Below are positions 8,697 through 18,843 of a stretch of DNA of 64,000 nt, piece after piece; positions within the stretch are counted from its first letter, which is position 1, and each line of letters starts with the position of its first letter. A program made the position numbers and the translations under genes. Origin of the DNA: an uncultured Candidatus Binatia bacterium (GTDB lineage Bacteria > Desulfobacterota > Binatia > UBA9968 > JAJDTQ01); contig OZ243916.1 in NCBI GenBank assembly GCA_965213675.1, positions 2,496,001-2,560,000 of the forward strand, given 5' to 3'. The notes beneath the pieces were generated by a model that was given only the letters and a program-made list of their open reading frames with translations, was not told the origin of the DNA and ran no database searches.

Positions 8697-9773
8697 CTAC
8701 TGCAGCCCGAACAGCGTCTTCGGGTTATCGTCGATGATCTTCTCGTACTGAGGCGCGGTAATGCTGCCGAGCTCCTTGAGGTTGCGCAGCGCCTCGATTT
8801 CGGTGGACTGGTCATTGTGGCCGTAGTCGGTGCCGATGACGATGTTGTCTTCGCCGGAATACTTGAAGATGTAGTCCACGTCGTCGTCAGTCTGGCACGA
8901 CACGTACTGCCGGTATTCCTTGAGGGGGTTGTCCGGAAAGTCCTTGTTCTGGGCGCCCCAGCGGCGTTTCAGGTCCTTGACGACGTAGGGTACCCAGAGG
9001 GCCGCGGCCTCGGCCCAGTGGAAACGAAGCTTGGGAAACATCTTGGGGATCTCGCCCATAATCACCGAGTGGAACGCACCGATGACGGGGATGCGGAACT
9101 TCCAGAAGCTGCCGCCACCGTTGTACTGGGACACGAGGTCCTCTTCCTGCGGGTTGCCGTTTCCGACGTGCACGCCCACGGCCATGTCAAGCTCGCTCAT
9201 CTTCTCGTACAGGGGATAGAAGTAGGGGTCGGTGAGAAGGCGGCGCCCCTCGATGCCGCGCATGAAGACCCCGCAGGCGCCGTTCTGCTTGCAGAACTCC
9301 AGCTCCTCCAGAGACGCGCTCATGTCCAGCAGCGGCAGCACGCAGATCCACCGTAGCCGGCCCTTCCCTTGCTGGTGGATGTCCGCCAGCCAGCGGTTGT
9401 AGCCCTTGCAAATGGGGATCTCCCACTCGGGCTTCTCGGTGATCTGCTCGATGAAAATAGTCGGATAGAGCACCTGGATGTCGATACCGAGCTCGTCCAT
9501 GTGCTTGACCCGAGCGTCCACGTTCTCCATCTCGCGGGTTTCCTGCGGCGTGAACATCACCCGGCCGGTACGGTCGGCGACCTCGTCGAGCTCATGAGCG
9601 GTCATGACGATCCGCACCAGGCCGCGGATCTTGCCGTCGATGAACCAGTACTCGCCTCCCTGGTCGCCGCTCGGCTTGACGACGATGGGACGGTACTTCT
9701 GATCGGCCGCGTCCATGTAGTCCCAGGTCCGTTCGGACTCGACGACGTGAGCGTCGGCATCGATGGTCGGCAT
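8697..9773 (-). CDS. Amidohydrolase_2 family protein
   Basis: IDADAHVVE, MDELGIDIQVLYPT, GVHVG, GTDYGHND; AGGAGG RBS before ATG 9773. Confidence 0.92.
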   Translation of the reverse strand: MPTIDADAHVVESERTWDYMDAADQKYRPIVVKPSGDQGGEYWFIDGKIRGLVRIVMTAHELDEVADRTGRVMFTPQETREMENVDARVKHMDELGIDIQVLYPTIFIEQITEKPEWEIPICKGYNRWLADIHQQGKGRLRWICVLPLLDMSASLEELEFCKQNGACGVFMRGIEGRRLLTDPYFYPLYEKMSELDMAVGVHVGNGNPQEEDLVSQYNGGGSFWKFRIPVIGAFHSVIMGEIPKMFPKLRFHWAEAAALWVPYVVKDLKRRWGAQNKDFPDNPLKEYRQYVSCQTDDDVDYIFKYSGEDNIVIGTDYGHNDQSTEIEALRNLKELGSITAPQYEKIIDDNPKTLFGLQ

Positions 9774-10002
9774 GGTCAATACCTCCTGAACAGGATGGAG
9801 ATGTTCGAGATCTTCGCGTGATGTATTCGTACGCTGATTAACACCTTTTCAACGGCGGAACCAGCAGAAACGACGGCCCCCGGTCCCTTGACAAACAACC
9901 CCTCGGCAACTACTCACGAGACTGCGAAGCAGCCGATCCGTGCGGCATCACGGCCTTCAGGCCGGCACGGCTTCCGGGCCGTATGACGGAAAGGAAAGCG
10001 CC

Positions 10003-11100
10003 ATGCCAACCAAGTCCCGGGCCGCAATCCTGGTCGAATCGCGCAAGCCCCTGGTGGTGGACGAGGTCACGCTCCCGGATCCCGCACCGGATCAGGTGCT
10101 GGTGAAACTCTACGCCAGCGGCATCTGCCACTCCCAACTCCATCAGATCCAGCGCTCACCCGATGAGCAGCGCTCCAAGCTGCCGGCGCTCCTGGGGCAC
10201 GAATCCACCGGCGTGGTGGTGGCCAAGGGCCGCGACGTGAACCACGTGAAGGAAGGCGACCCGGTCTTCACCACCTGGGTGGACCGGAACGCCCCGGAGT
10301 CGCCGCTCCCGCCCGTGTCCCACGCTCTCAACATGCGACCGGCCATCCCGGCCACTTGGCGGGAACAGTCCATCTGGGCGTCGGCGTCCACCTGGGCGGA
10401 GCACCTGGTGGCCTCCGAGCGCGTGGTGCTTCCCATGGACGACGACGTGGACACCGACGTGACCTCCATCATCGGCTGCGCGGTCACCACCGGTTCGGGA
10501 GCCATCATCAACACGCTGAAGGTGAGGCCGGGACAGTCGGTGGCCGTCTACGGCGTGGGCGGCATCGGCATGTGCGCCATCTCGGCCGCGGCGGTGGTGG
10601 ACGCCTACCCGCTCATCGCGGTGGACCTGGACGACGGGAAGCTGGAGTTCGCCAAGAGCTTCGGCGCCACCCACTGCATCAACGCAAGCAAGGTGGACGC
10701 GGTGGAAGCCATCACGGAACTCACGGGCGGCGGCGCGGACTACGCCCTGGACGCGGTGGGCCATCCCACCACCCAGGAACAGATCCTGCGCTCCGTGCGC
10801 ACAGGCGCTCCCGGACTCGAGCGTGGCGGCACCGCGCTGCTCATCGGCCTGCCGCCCCCGGGGGCGACCCCGCTAATCAATACCAACCTGTTCGCCGGAG
10901 GCCGCTACTTCACCCGCACCCACGCCGGCGACTGCCTCCCGGATCGCGACTTCCCGACCTTTGTCCGCTGGTACCGCGAGGGCAAGCTCAAGCTCGACGA
11001 CCTGGTGACACGCCGCTACAGCCTGGACCAAGTCAACGAAGCGGTGGCCGACCTGGAGGAAGGGAGAATACTGGGGCGGGCCATCTTCACGTATTCGTGA
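10003..11100 (+). CDS. Zn-dependent alcohol dehydrogenase (MDR family)
   Basis: GICHS, LGHESTG, GCAVTTG, GVGGIG; the structural-Zn Cys loop is absent. Confidence 0.92.
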   Translation: MPTKSRAAILVESRKPLVVDEVTLPDPAPDQVLVKLYASGICHSQLHQIQRSPDEQRSKLPALLGHESTGVVVAKGRDVNHVKEGDPVFTTWVDRNAPESPLPPVSHALNMRPAIPATWREQSIWASASTWAEHLVASERVVLPMDDDVDTDVTSIIGCAVTTGSGAIINTLKVRPGQSVAVYGVGGIGMCAISAAAVVDAYPLIAVDLDDGKLEFAKSFGATHCINASKVDAVEAITELTGGGADYALDAVGHPTTQEQILRSVRTGAPGLERGGTALLIGLPPPGATPLINTNLFAGGRYFTRTHAGDCLPDRDFPTFVRWYREGKLKLDDLVTRRYSLDQVNEAVADLEEGRILGRAIFTYS

Positions 11101-11127
11101 GTCATAGTCCGCTTTCGGAGGACCGAC

Positions 11128-12168
11128 ATGTACATCGACTGCGACACCCACTATTTCCCGGTGAAGTTCCTGGAAGGGATCAGCGACCAATACCCCGACT
11201 CCCCGCGGGTGGTGCGGAAGGGCGACGAGGTCAAGTCCGTGCTGCCGGACGGGACACTCATCAAGAACCAGGCGCCCAAGGGACGCTGGGATCTGGACGT
11301 ACGGGTGGCGCAGGCCGACTTCGAAGGCTTCGACAAGCACGTGCTCATCCCGGAGAACCGGGAGCTCCTGTACACCTGGGACCGGGACCTGGGTTGCGAG
11401 CTGGCCCGCCGCTACAACGACGCGGTGGCCCAGGACCTGGCGGAATGCGCCCATCCCGAGCGCTACATCGGCGTCGGCTGGGTGTTCCTGCCGGACGTGG
11501 AGGAGTCCTGCAAGGAGCTGGACCGGATGGTGAACCAACTCGGCATCAAGGCCGTGAAGTTCATGGGCGGCTTCGAGGACGCCAACCTGGGAGCGGAGCG
11601 GCTGTGGCCGGTCTACGACAAGGTGTGTCAACTCGACATCCCGATCCTGGTCCATGACACGGCGTCGGACCGCCAGGATCATCCCAACCCGGCGCTGGTG
11701 GGCATCGAGCAGCTCTTTCTGGAGGCCGACAACAACGCCTTGCCCTTCCTGCTGGCATTCCCGTTCCGCTACATCGTGGACATGGGCAGCCTGATCCTGC
11801 GCGGCGCCCTCAAGGAGTTTCCCGACCTGCGCATCTGCTTCGTGGAAGGCTCCGCCGCCTTCGTGCCCTGGCTCATGAACCGCCTGGACATGGACCCCAA
11901 CGGCCGCAAGAAGCTGGGCAAGGACCCCAGCGAGTTCTTCAGCCAGATCTGGGTGTCGGCCTTCGCCGCCGAGACCTCCATCCGCTACGCCTGCGACTTC
12001 TGGAAGGACCACAATCTGACCGTGGGCAGCGACTACCCGCACAACGACCCGTCGGGCACCTGGAAGGAAGGAACGGTGCGGATGGTGCGGGATCTCGAGG
12101 GCATCTCGGACGACGACAAGGAAAAGATCCTGGGCGGCAACGCCATGCGGCTTTTCGGGATGGCGTAG
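11128..12168 (+). CDS. Amidohydrolase_2 family protein
   Basis: IDCDTHY, PILVH, FVEG, GSDYPHND, ILGGNAMRLF. Confidence 0.92.
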   Translation: MYIDCDTHYFPVKFLEGISDQYPDSPRVVRKGDEVKSVLPDGTLIKNQAPKGRWDLDVRVAQADFEGFDKHVLIPENRELLYTWDRDLGCELARRYNDAVAQDLAECAHPERYIGVGWVFLPDVEESCKELDRMVNQLGIKAVKFMGGFEDANLGAERLWPVYDKVCQLDIPILVHDTASDRQDHPNPALVGIEQLFLEADNNALPFLLAFPFRYIVDMGSLILRGALKEFPDLRICFVEGSAAFVPWLMNRLDMDPNGRKKLGKDPSEFFSQIWVSAFAAETSIRYACDFWKDHNLTVGSDYPHNDPSGTWKEGTVRMVRDLEGISDDDKEKILGGNAMRLFGMA

Positions 12169-12270
12169 ACGGGCGGTCTCGCCTTCGACCGTGCAACTCT
12201 ACCGTGGGAGGCGACGGAACGCCGCCGCCCGCCCGCGGCCCTGATCAACCCCCTGAGCGAAAGGACCACC

Positions 12271-13272
12271 GTGCTCTTCTCAATACATGTCCCGGCCCGG
12301 AACGCGGAAGAGATCACCCGCCGCGCCGTGGCCGCCGAAGCCTTGGGCTTCCATGCCATGTTCTTCGCCGACGGCCACCTGAACAACCTGGACGGGTTTC
12401 AGGCCATGACCGTGTGCGCGCTCCGGACGGAGGGGCTCCGTTTCGGTATCGCCGCAACCACCATGGCCTACCGCGATCCCACGACATTGGCCCTGTCCGC
12501 GGCCACGTCCAACGAGTTCTCGGCCGGACGGGCCATCCTGGGCCTGGCGACCGGCGACGGTTCCACCTACCGGCTTGGGCGCAAGGCAACGCGGCTGGCG
12601 GACTTCGCCGCCGGACTGGCCAACATCCGCGAACTACTGGGAGGGCGCTCCATCGAGGTTCCCCGGGGCGAAGAAGGCGCCGGCGCGGCCTCCCTCAACG
12701 CAGGCAGGCTTCCGGTGCCGGTTTACGTGGCCTCGGTGGGTCCCCGGAGCCTGCGGGTGGCCGGACGTTACGCCGACGGCATCATGCTGGGCACGGGGTT
12801 CGACCTCGACGTGCTGGAGTGGGCGCAGGCCCACGTCGCTGCCGGCGCCCGTGAAGACGGCCGGGACCTGTCCGACATCGACATCGCCATGGCGGGCATG
12901 ATCTGTGTCGACCGTGACGGCGACCGCGCCCGCCAACGGGTGCGCCCACGCCTGGTCAACCGCGTCCATCACAACTTCCGCTTCACGACGGAGACCGTGC
13001 CGCCGGACGAGTTGGCCGGAGTCAAGCGTTTCATGGCCGGTTTCGACATCAGCAAGCCGCTGGAGGAGCGGGCGGACCCCACGCTCATCACCGACTACAT
13101 GCTGCGCCGCTTCGCCATCACCGGCACCCCGGAGGAGTGTTTGACCCGCGTCCGCGAACTGGCCGAAGCCGGCGTGAAACATCTGCTCCTGACGCCGCCC
13201 ATGCGTGTGCTCGACGAGGTCATGGACCTCTGGGGACGCGAAGTCATTCCGGCATGCGCCGACTTGAGTTAG
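12271..13272 (+). CDS. LLM class flavin-dependent oxidoreductase
   Basis: AEALGF, GRAILGLATGD, PVYVASVGPRSL..AGRYADG, GTPEEC. Confidence 0.9.
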   Translation: MLFSIHVPARNAEEITRRAVAAEALGFHAMFFADGHLNNLDGFQAMTVCALRTEGLRFGIAATTMAYRDPTTLALSAATSNEFSAGRAILGLATGDGSTYRLGRKATRLADFAAGLANIRELLGGRSIEVPRGEEGAGAASLNAGRLPVPVYVASVGPRSLRVAGRYADGIMLGTGFDLDVLEWAQAHVAAGAREDGRDLSDIDIAMAGMICVDRDGDRARQRVRPRLVNRVHHNFRFTTETVPPDELAGVKRFMAGFDISKPLEERADPTLITDYMLRRFAITGTPEECLTRVRELAEAGVKHLLLTPPMRVLDEVMDLWGREVIPACADLS

Positions 13273-13413
13273 TGTCGTGTCCCGGAAATTCCTGGGACAA
13301 GTTGCACGGGGATCTTTGAGGTCGGCGACGCGCGATGACGTGTAGGGGCGACCGGCGGCCGCCCTTTGAAAGGAACCCCATGCCCGATCTGGACCCCGCA
13401 ACCCTCACCATCG
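13272..13413 (+). repeat. Direct repeat copy 1 (~141 bp): amidase leader, RBS and first 11 codons
   Basis: Matches 16052-16192 with 3 substitutions and 1 indel. Confidence 0.95.
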
Positions 13414-14843
13414 CGAACCTGGCCCCGCGCATCGCTGCCCGCGAGGTCTCGCCCGTGGAAGTGACCACCTGCTACCTGGAGCGGATTGCGCGTCTCAATC
13501 CCACGCTCAACGCCTACAGCACCGTCATGGAAGAGGACGCCATGGATGCGGCGCGGCAAGCCGAGGCCGAGATCGCCGGCGGCAACCATCGCGGCCCGCT
13601 CCACGGCGTGCCCGTATCCATCAAGGACAACATAGCGGTTCGAGGCTACCCCACCACCGCCGGCAGCAAGATTCTCGCGGACTGGAAGCCCGACTTCGAC
13701 GCCGGCGTGGTGACGCGGCTGCGGCAGGCCGGGGCCATCGTCCTGGGCAAGAACAACATGCACGAGTGGGCCGGCGGCGGCACCACCATGAATCCCTATT
13801 TCGGCGCCACCCACAACCCCTGGGACACCAGCCGGGTGCCGGGCGGTTCCAGCGGCGGCTCCGCCGCCGCCGTCGCCGCGGACCTGTGCCTCATCTCCAT
13901 CGGCACCGACAACGCCGGCTCGGTACGCAACCCCGCCGCCTGGTGCGGCACCGTGGGCCTCAAGGCCACCTACGGCCGCGTCAGCCGCTACGGCGGCGTT
14001 GCCGGCACCGGCGGCTTCTCGTCCGACCACTTCGGCCCCTTCACCAAGACGGTGGAGGACTGCGCCCTGGTGCTGGCCGCCATCGCCGGGGAGGATCCCA
14101 ACGACCCGCTGACCTCTCCCGAACCCGTGCCCGACTACCGCGAAGGCCTGCGCAACGCCGTCGCCGGCATGAAGGTTGGCGTCATCGACAGCTACTTCGA
14201 CGAGCTGATGGTGGACGAGGTGGCCAAGGGGTTCCGGGACGCTCTCGCCGCCTTGGAATCCCTGGGCATGCAGGTCAAGGACATCACCATCCCCCACATG
14301 GATGCGGTCCCCGCCGTCCAGACCGCCACCAGCCGCTGCGAGAACGTCGTGGCCCACGAACCCTACCTGCGCAAGCAGCCCCGGGGCTACAGCCGTGAGT
14401 TGTTGCACCGGAACATCGCCTCCCTCACCATCACCGCCTCGACCTACGTCACCTCCCAGCGTGTGCGGCGCGTCATCTGCCGCGAGTTCGAGGAAGCCCT
14501 CCAGGACGTGCAGGTGATCGTCGCCCCCACCGTCGGCATCGCCGCGCCCACCATCGAGGAATGCCAACAGGGCTTCGCCGAAATCGACGGCCGCCGGATC
14601 CCCTTCCGCCACCCCAGCGGCAGCATCGGCACCCGCTGCACCATCCCGTTCAACGTCACCGGGCTGCCGGTGCTGAGCGTATGCTGCGGGTTTAGCGCCG
14701 CCGGGTTGCCGCTAGGACTGCAAATCGTGGGGGCGTGCTTTCAGGAGAGTTTGGTGTTTCAGGTGGCCCACGCCTATGAGCAGGCGGTTAGGTGGTATGA
14801 AAGGAAACCGAAGGGGATCCCAGCCTGCCTACGCACACAATGA
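13380..14843 (+). CDS. Amidase signature family protein
   Basis: GPLHGVPVSIKD, PGGSSGGSAAAVAA, GTDNAGSVRNPA. Confidence 0.95.
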   Translation: MPDLDPATLTIANLAPRIAAREVSPVEVTTCYLERIARLNPTLNAYSTVMEEDAMDAARQAEAEIAGGNHRGPLHGVPVSIKDNIAVRGYPTTAGSKILADWKPDFDAGVVTRLRQAGAIVLGKNNMHEWAGGGTTMNPYFGATHNPWDTSRVPGGSSGGSAAAVAADLCLISIGTDNAGSVRNPAAWCGTVGLKATYGRVSRYGGVAGTGGFSSDHFGPFTKTVEDCALVLAAIAGEDPNDPLTSPEPVPDYREGLRNAVAGMKVGVIDSYFDELMVDEVAKGFRDALAALESLGMQVKDITIPHMDAVPAVQTATSRCENVVAHEPYLRKQPRGYSRELLHRNIASLTITASTYVTSQRVRRVICREFEEALQDVQVIVAPTVGIAAPTIEECQQGFAEIDGRRIPFRHPSGSIGTRCTIPFNVTGLPVLSVCCGFSAAGLPLGLQIVGACFQESLVFQVAHAYEQAVRWYERKPKGIPACLRTQ

Positions 14844-15989
14844 TCGGCAGAGTTCCTCAACTCCTATAACCTCGACGCCCTCTGCCTTGGGATAGCGCTC
14901 ATTCCCGGAATAGACCACGAAGCAGCGGTCAGGCTTCAGGTCCTCACGGGCATGGTGGAAGCCCCTTTCAAGCCTGGGGGCCGAACCGCGTTTGACTTCG
15001 ACGGCCCATAGCCCGCGGTTCGGGAGTTCCAACAGCAGATCGATTTCGGCGCCGGCGGCGGTACGGTAGAAGCTTGCCAGTGTGCGTTCCGGGGCCGCCC
15101 GCAGGATGTTCTCAATGACAAACCCTTCCCAACTGCCGCCCGCCACGGGGTGACCGAGCACGGCCTCCCGATGGTCCAACCCAAGGAGAGTGTGGACCAA
15201 GCCGCTGTCACGCACGTAGACCTTCGGTGACCTGACGAGGCGCTTGCGCACGTTGGCGTGGTACGGCGGCAGACGGCGCACGAGGAGAAGGTCGACCATC
15301 AGATCCAGGTAACGGGCAATAGTCTTCCCGTCGACGGCAAGGGCGCGGGCCAGTTGCGCCGCATTCAGGAGTTGGCCTTGAGTGTGCGCCAGCATGGTCC
15401 AGAAGCGCCGCAGGGCCTCGGCAGGAATTCGAGGGCCGAGTTGCGGGATGTCCCGCTCCAGGTAGGTCTTGATGAAGCTGTCCCTCCAGAGTGCGCTGGC
15501 GGCATCGTCCCCTGCCAGAAAGCTGTCCGGGAACCCCCCGCGCAACCAGAGATCGTCCCTGTCGTCGCGCAGCACCTCCAACACGTCCATGGGTTCCAAC
15601 TCGACGTACGCAAGACGGCCGGCAAGGCTCTCGCTCGACTGCCTCAGAAGGTCCATTGACGCCGATCCGAGTATGAGAAAGCGGTTGGTTCGCCTGCCGC
15701 GGCGACGCCCCCGGTCTATCAGGCTCCGGAGTTCCTGGAACAACTCCGGCATCGCCTGCACTTCGTCCAGGATCACCAGCCTGTCTTCATATGCAGAGAG
15801 ATAATCCGACGGATCGGACAGTCTTTCGCGGCCCGACTGCGTCTCCAGGTCGAGGTAAACGCTTTCCCGTTCAGCGCCCACGGCTTCGGCCAATGTCGTC
15901 TTGCCGACTTGGCGAGGACCCAGCAATGCTACGGCCGGGAACTGGTCCAGCCGTCTCAAGACGGTTTGGAGTACTCGTCGCTCAATCAT
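14829..15989 (-). CDS. AAA_14-type ATP-binding protein with DUF4143-like C-terminal nuclease-fold domain
   Basis: GPRQVGKTT, VILDEVQ, ESLAGR, RGGFP, YLERDI, SPKVYVRDSG, YRTAAGAEIDL...AVEVK. Confidence 0.92.
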   Translation of the reverse strand: MIERRVLQTVLRRLDQFPAVALLGPRQVGKTTLAEAVGAERESVYLDLETQSGRERLSDPSDYLSAYEDRLVILDEVQAMPELFQELRSLIDRGRRRGRRTNRFLILGSASMDLLRQSSESLAGRLAYVELEPMDVLEVLRDDRDDLWLRGGFPDSFLAGDDAASALWRDSFIKTYLERDIPQLGPRIPAEALRRFWTMLAHTQGQLLNAAQLARALAVDGKTIARYLDLMVDLLLVRRLPPYHANVRKRLVRSPKVYVRDSGLVHTLLGLDHREAVLGHPVAGGSWEGFVIENILRAAPERTLASFYRTAAGAEIDLLLELPNRGLWAVEVKRGSAPRLERGFHHAREDLKPDRCFVVYSGNERYPKAEGVEVIGVEELCRSLCA

Positions 15990-16026
15990 CCTTGTAATCA
16001 TGGCATACGGATCCATGATTACAAGG
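15990..16026. promoter_or_regulatory. Perfect 14-bp inverted repeat abutting the ATPase start codon
   Basis: CCTTGTAATCATGG-N9-CCATGATTACAAGG. Confidence 0.75.
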
Positions 16027-16051
16027 TTAGCTTCTCTTTGAAACTTACTTG

Positions 16052-16192
16052 GTGTCGTGTCCCGGAAATTCCTGGGACAAGTTGCACAGGGATCTTTGAG
16101 GTCGGCGACGCGCGATGACGTGTAGGGCGACCGGCGGTCGCCCTGTGAAAGGAACCCCATGCCCGATCTGGACCCCGCAACCCTCACCATCG
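16052..16192 (+). repeat. Direct repeat copy 2: truncated amidase start (MPDLDPATLTI)
   Basis: Near-identical to 13272-13413, then diverges. Confidence 0.95.
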
Positions 16193-16269
16193 TACTCGCC
16201 TCACGCCAGCGCAGGACAGGCGTCGGCACCGGGGACAATCCGCCAAGTCGGCCGCGGTCGAACTCTGCT

Positions 16270-18063
16270 TCATAACGACTTGTAGTAGCCGCGCATTTTC
16301 TTGGCCATCAGGAGCCTCCGCTCCCGCAGGAAACCGTCATACCCGCCAAGCCCGATTGCCTCCATGCCCTGCGGAATGCAGTGAGCCTCCAGATTCGCGC
16401 GCAACACGTCGGCATTTACGATGCCGCCATAACGCGCCTTGCCACTCTCGCATTGACGCCACAGTGCATTGAAATATGCCGACGGAGGATCGTCGCCGAT
16501 GGCGATGTTGATCTCTCCCTGCATCACGACATAGTTGGCGATCTGGTTGTATCGGCTGCGCCTGATGCCCTTCTCCTTCAGATAGTTCCGAGGAAAGACG
16601 TGATGCACATGGGAGGCGCCTTCGAGAAGAGTCTGCACCGTGTGATCTCTCGACAGAAACCCCTTGTCGTTCGCCTTGACCTGGCTTGCAAGAAAGACAT
16701 TGAAGTAGGGGCTGCTGGCCACCGACGTGTCCATCTGCTGGGGAAGACCAGCGTCCCAGAACGCATCCGAAAGGTCTGCCCGCTCCATCGCGTCCAGGTA
16801 GGCTTGCGCGTTGTGTTCAGTGATGTTGCGGATGTCGACGCCGAACGTGGTCTCGGGTGAGCCGGTGTATCGGCCGGTGAGGATGGACATCACGAACCAG
16901 CGTCGGACCAGTGTCTCAATGAGCGCCGGACTGGTGTGTTGCGCGCGCAGCGTCAGGTAGAGGATGTAGGCGAAGTTGACGGTATTCTGTGAACGGATCA
17001 TCGACGAGTTCACGAAACCCGCCGAGCGCAGGATCATGACAAAGCGCTTGAAGTCCGTCTCCTTCATGAAGCGCAAAATCGCTCCTTCGAGCCTGCGAAA
17101 CGATTCTTCGGCCCTTGCCTCCTCGAACTCACGGGTCTCGAAATTACGGCCAGAGAGCAAGGCAACAAGGTCGTCGAGGCGCCCGCGCCCGAACTCCGAC
17201 GTAAATGCCACGCGAAGCATGTCCGTGTAGGACGGGTCGTATAGATCCTCCTTCTCATGCTTCAACCACTCCATCGCCCGGAAATAGCCCGTCCGGGCGA
17301 ATTCGTCATCTTGCGCCAAGTCCTCGTAGGCTTCGGGCGCCACAGCGAGGTGGCAGAAGTAGTCGATGCACTTGCGAAGTTGGTGCCCGTTGTACCGCTC
17401 ATTGGCTGCCATCTTCGACATGGCGAAGTCCGCTGCGTTCAACGCCACCCCTTGCGAGTTGATGCGGACGAATATCTCGGAGACAGTCTCGACATCCAGA
17501 TCGGCATTGAGTTCAATGAGACCGATTGAATTGTTGAGGATACCCCGAAGCCGTTCGATCCGTTCGTAGACCTCGTCCCTGTTCGACTCCATGTTGCCTT
17601 CGCAGTAGGTGTCGACGAGCCTGAGCAGTTTCGCTCCAGGCGCAAACAGCGTGGCGATGTCGGCAAGCCATTCCGGGTCGCGTCGGATGGCAGGATTGGT
17701 CACCTCGAACCGTTCTTCGCCAGGATGGAACGCAATCGCGATGCGTACCTTCTTGTAGTTCTTGTCGACGATCTGTCGCCCGAGCATGGCCGCCAGAAGC
17801 GCGGTGACGCGCTGCTGGCCGTCGATCAGGATGCGCTTGCCAGCCGATTCGCTTCCGTCTTTCAGCCGAACCGACGGATTGCGCCACGCGATCAGAAAAC
17901 CGACCGGATAACCGAAATAGAGCGAGTCGATGAAGTCGCGCACCTTCGCCGCGTTCCAAACGAACGGACGCTGGATCTCGGGAATGGCAATCTCGTCGGA
18001 TTCAATCCAGGTAAGCAACGTCTGGATGGGATGTTGATTGACCGAATAGCGCTGGATCGTCAC
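16270..18063 (-). CDS. DUF262 / GmrSD-like protein with C-terminal HNH-like motif
   Basis: [28 protein letters not shown]; C-terminal HVHHVFP...NQIANYV. Confidence 0.88.
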   Translation of the reverse strand: MTIQRYSVNQHPIQTLLTWIESDEIAIPEIQRPFVWNAAKVRDFIDSLYFGYPVGFLIAWRNPSVRLKDGSESAGKRILIDGQQRVTALLAAMLGRQIVDKNYKKVRIAIAFHPGEERFEVTNPAIRRDPEWLADIATLFAPGAKLLRLVDTYCEGNMESNRDEVYERIERLRGILNNSIGLIELNADLDVETVSEIFVRINSQGVALNAADFAMSKMAANERYNGHQLRKCIDYFCHLAVAPEAYEDLAQDDEFARTGYFRAMEWLKHEKEDLYDPSYTDMLRVAFTSEFGRGRLDDLVALLSGRNFETREFEEARAEESFRRLEGAILRFMKETDFKRFVMILRSAGFVNSSMIRSQNTVNFAYILYLTLRAQHTSPALIETLVRRWFVMSILTGRYTGSPETTFGVDIRNITEHNAQAYLDAMERADLSDAFWDAGLPQQMDTSVASSPYFNVFLASQVKANDKGFLSRDHTVQTLLEGASHVHHVFPRNYLKEKGIRRSRYNQIANYVVMQGEINIAIGDDPPSAYFNALWRQCESGKARYGGIVNADVLRANLEAHCIPQGMEAIGLGGYDGFLRERRLLMAKKMRGYYKSL

Positions 18064-18359
18064 GGACTTCCCCTGACAGTCGATGATTCAAGGGGTCATG
18101 AACCCCACCGATGAGAGTCGCCATCCCGGCTCCGCCCCCGATGCCCAGGCGGCCACGCAACTTAAGGCGCATCGCGTCGCCAAATCAACACCCGACATCC
18201 AGCACCCCAATCACGCCGCACTTCCGTGCAGCGGGTAGGTGACGACCGTGAAGCCTCAAGCCCTTAGCACATCGCCATGCCTCGGGTGCCCGACAAGAGG
18301 CCGGGCCCGGGCGGGTCACGCCGGTGAGGCGGTCCTGGTGCAATGGAGAAGGACGGTTG

Positions 18360-18824
18360 CTACACATCCATGTCCACCCTTCTGAAATCGAACCATATCT
18401 TGTCCAGGTGTGCGAAGTCCTTGTCCGTCGAAAGGAGCACAGCTTGGCTTTCGTGAGCTGTTGCGGCTACCCAGAGATCGTTCTTGGACATCGATACAGC
18501 CGGTCTCGGCGGCGGGTAGTCTCGAGGCGAAGCCACAACCTTGCCATGCGTCCAGGCGTCTATCCGAGCGTATGCAGCCAAAATACCAGAGCTTCCGATG
18601 CCGACGGTCGGGATTTCGGCAAGTACCTCTTCAAGACGATCCCGTCTCCTGCTGCCCCACCCTCTCTTTTCCGCAAGCGCGAGTCATTCTCCATGGCAGA
18701 CGATGGACGTGAAGATGATCGTTTCCTGATTTGCCAGATCGAATTCCGTCCGCGCCTGGATAGCCCACGGCGCTTCGCGGATAAAACCGAGTAACATGTT
18801 GGTATCGAGGAGGAAACGCTTCAT
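18360..18824 (-). pseudogene. PIN/VapC toxin interrupted by in-frame TGA at codon 47
   Basis: MKRFLLDTNML...SIVCHGE*LALAEKRGWG...SKNDLWVAATA...LLSTDKDF, all in one frame; TGA at 18686-18684. Confidence 0.88.
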
Positions 18825-18843
18825 CGCGCCATAGGCAGACGGC

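Noticed and set aside
15990-16238. N-terminal extension of the AAA ATPase shown in the ORF track
   Set aside because: Runs through the inverted repeat and the duplicated leader; family-like sequence starts at MIERR (15989)
18684-18686. Selenocysteine codon in the PIN gene
   Set aside because: Position is not Cys-equivalent and I see no convincing SECIS hairpin; a nonsense mutation is simpler
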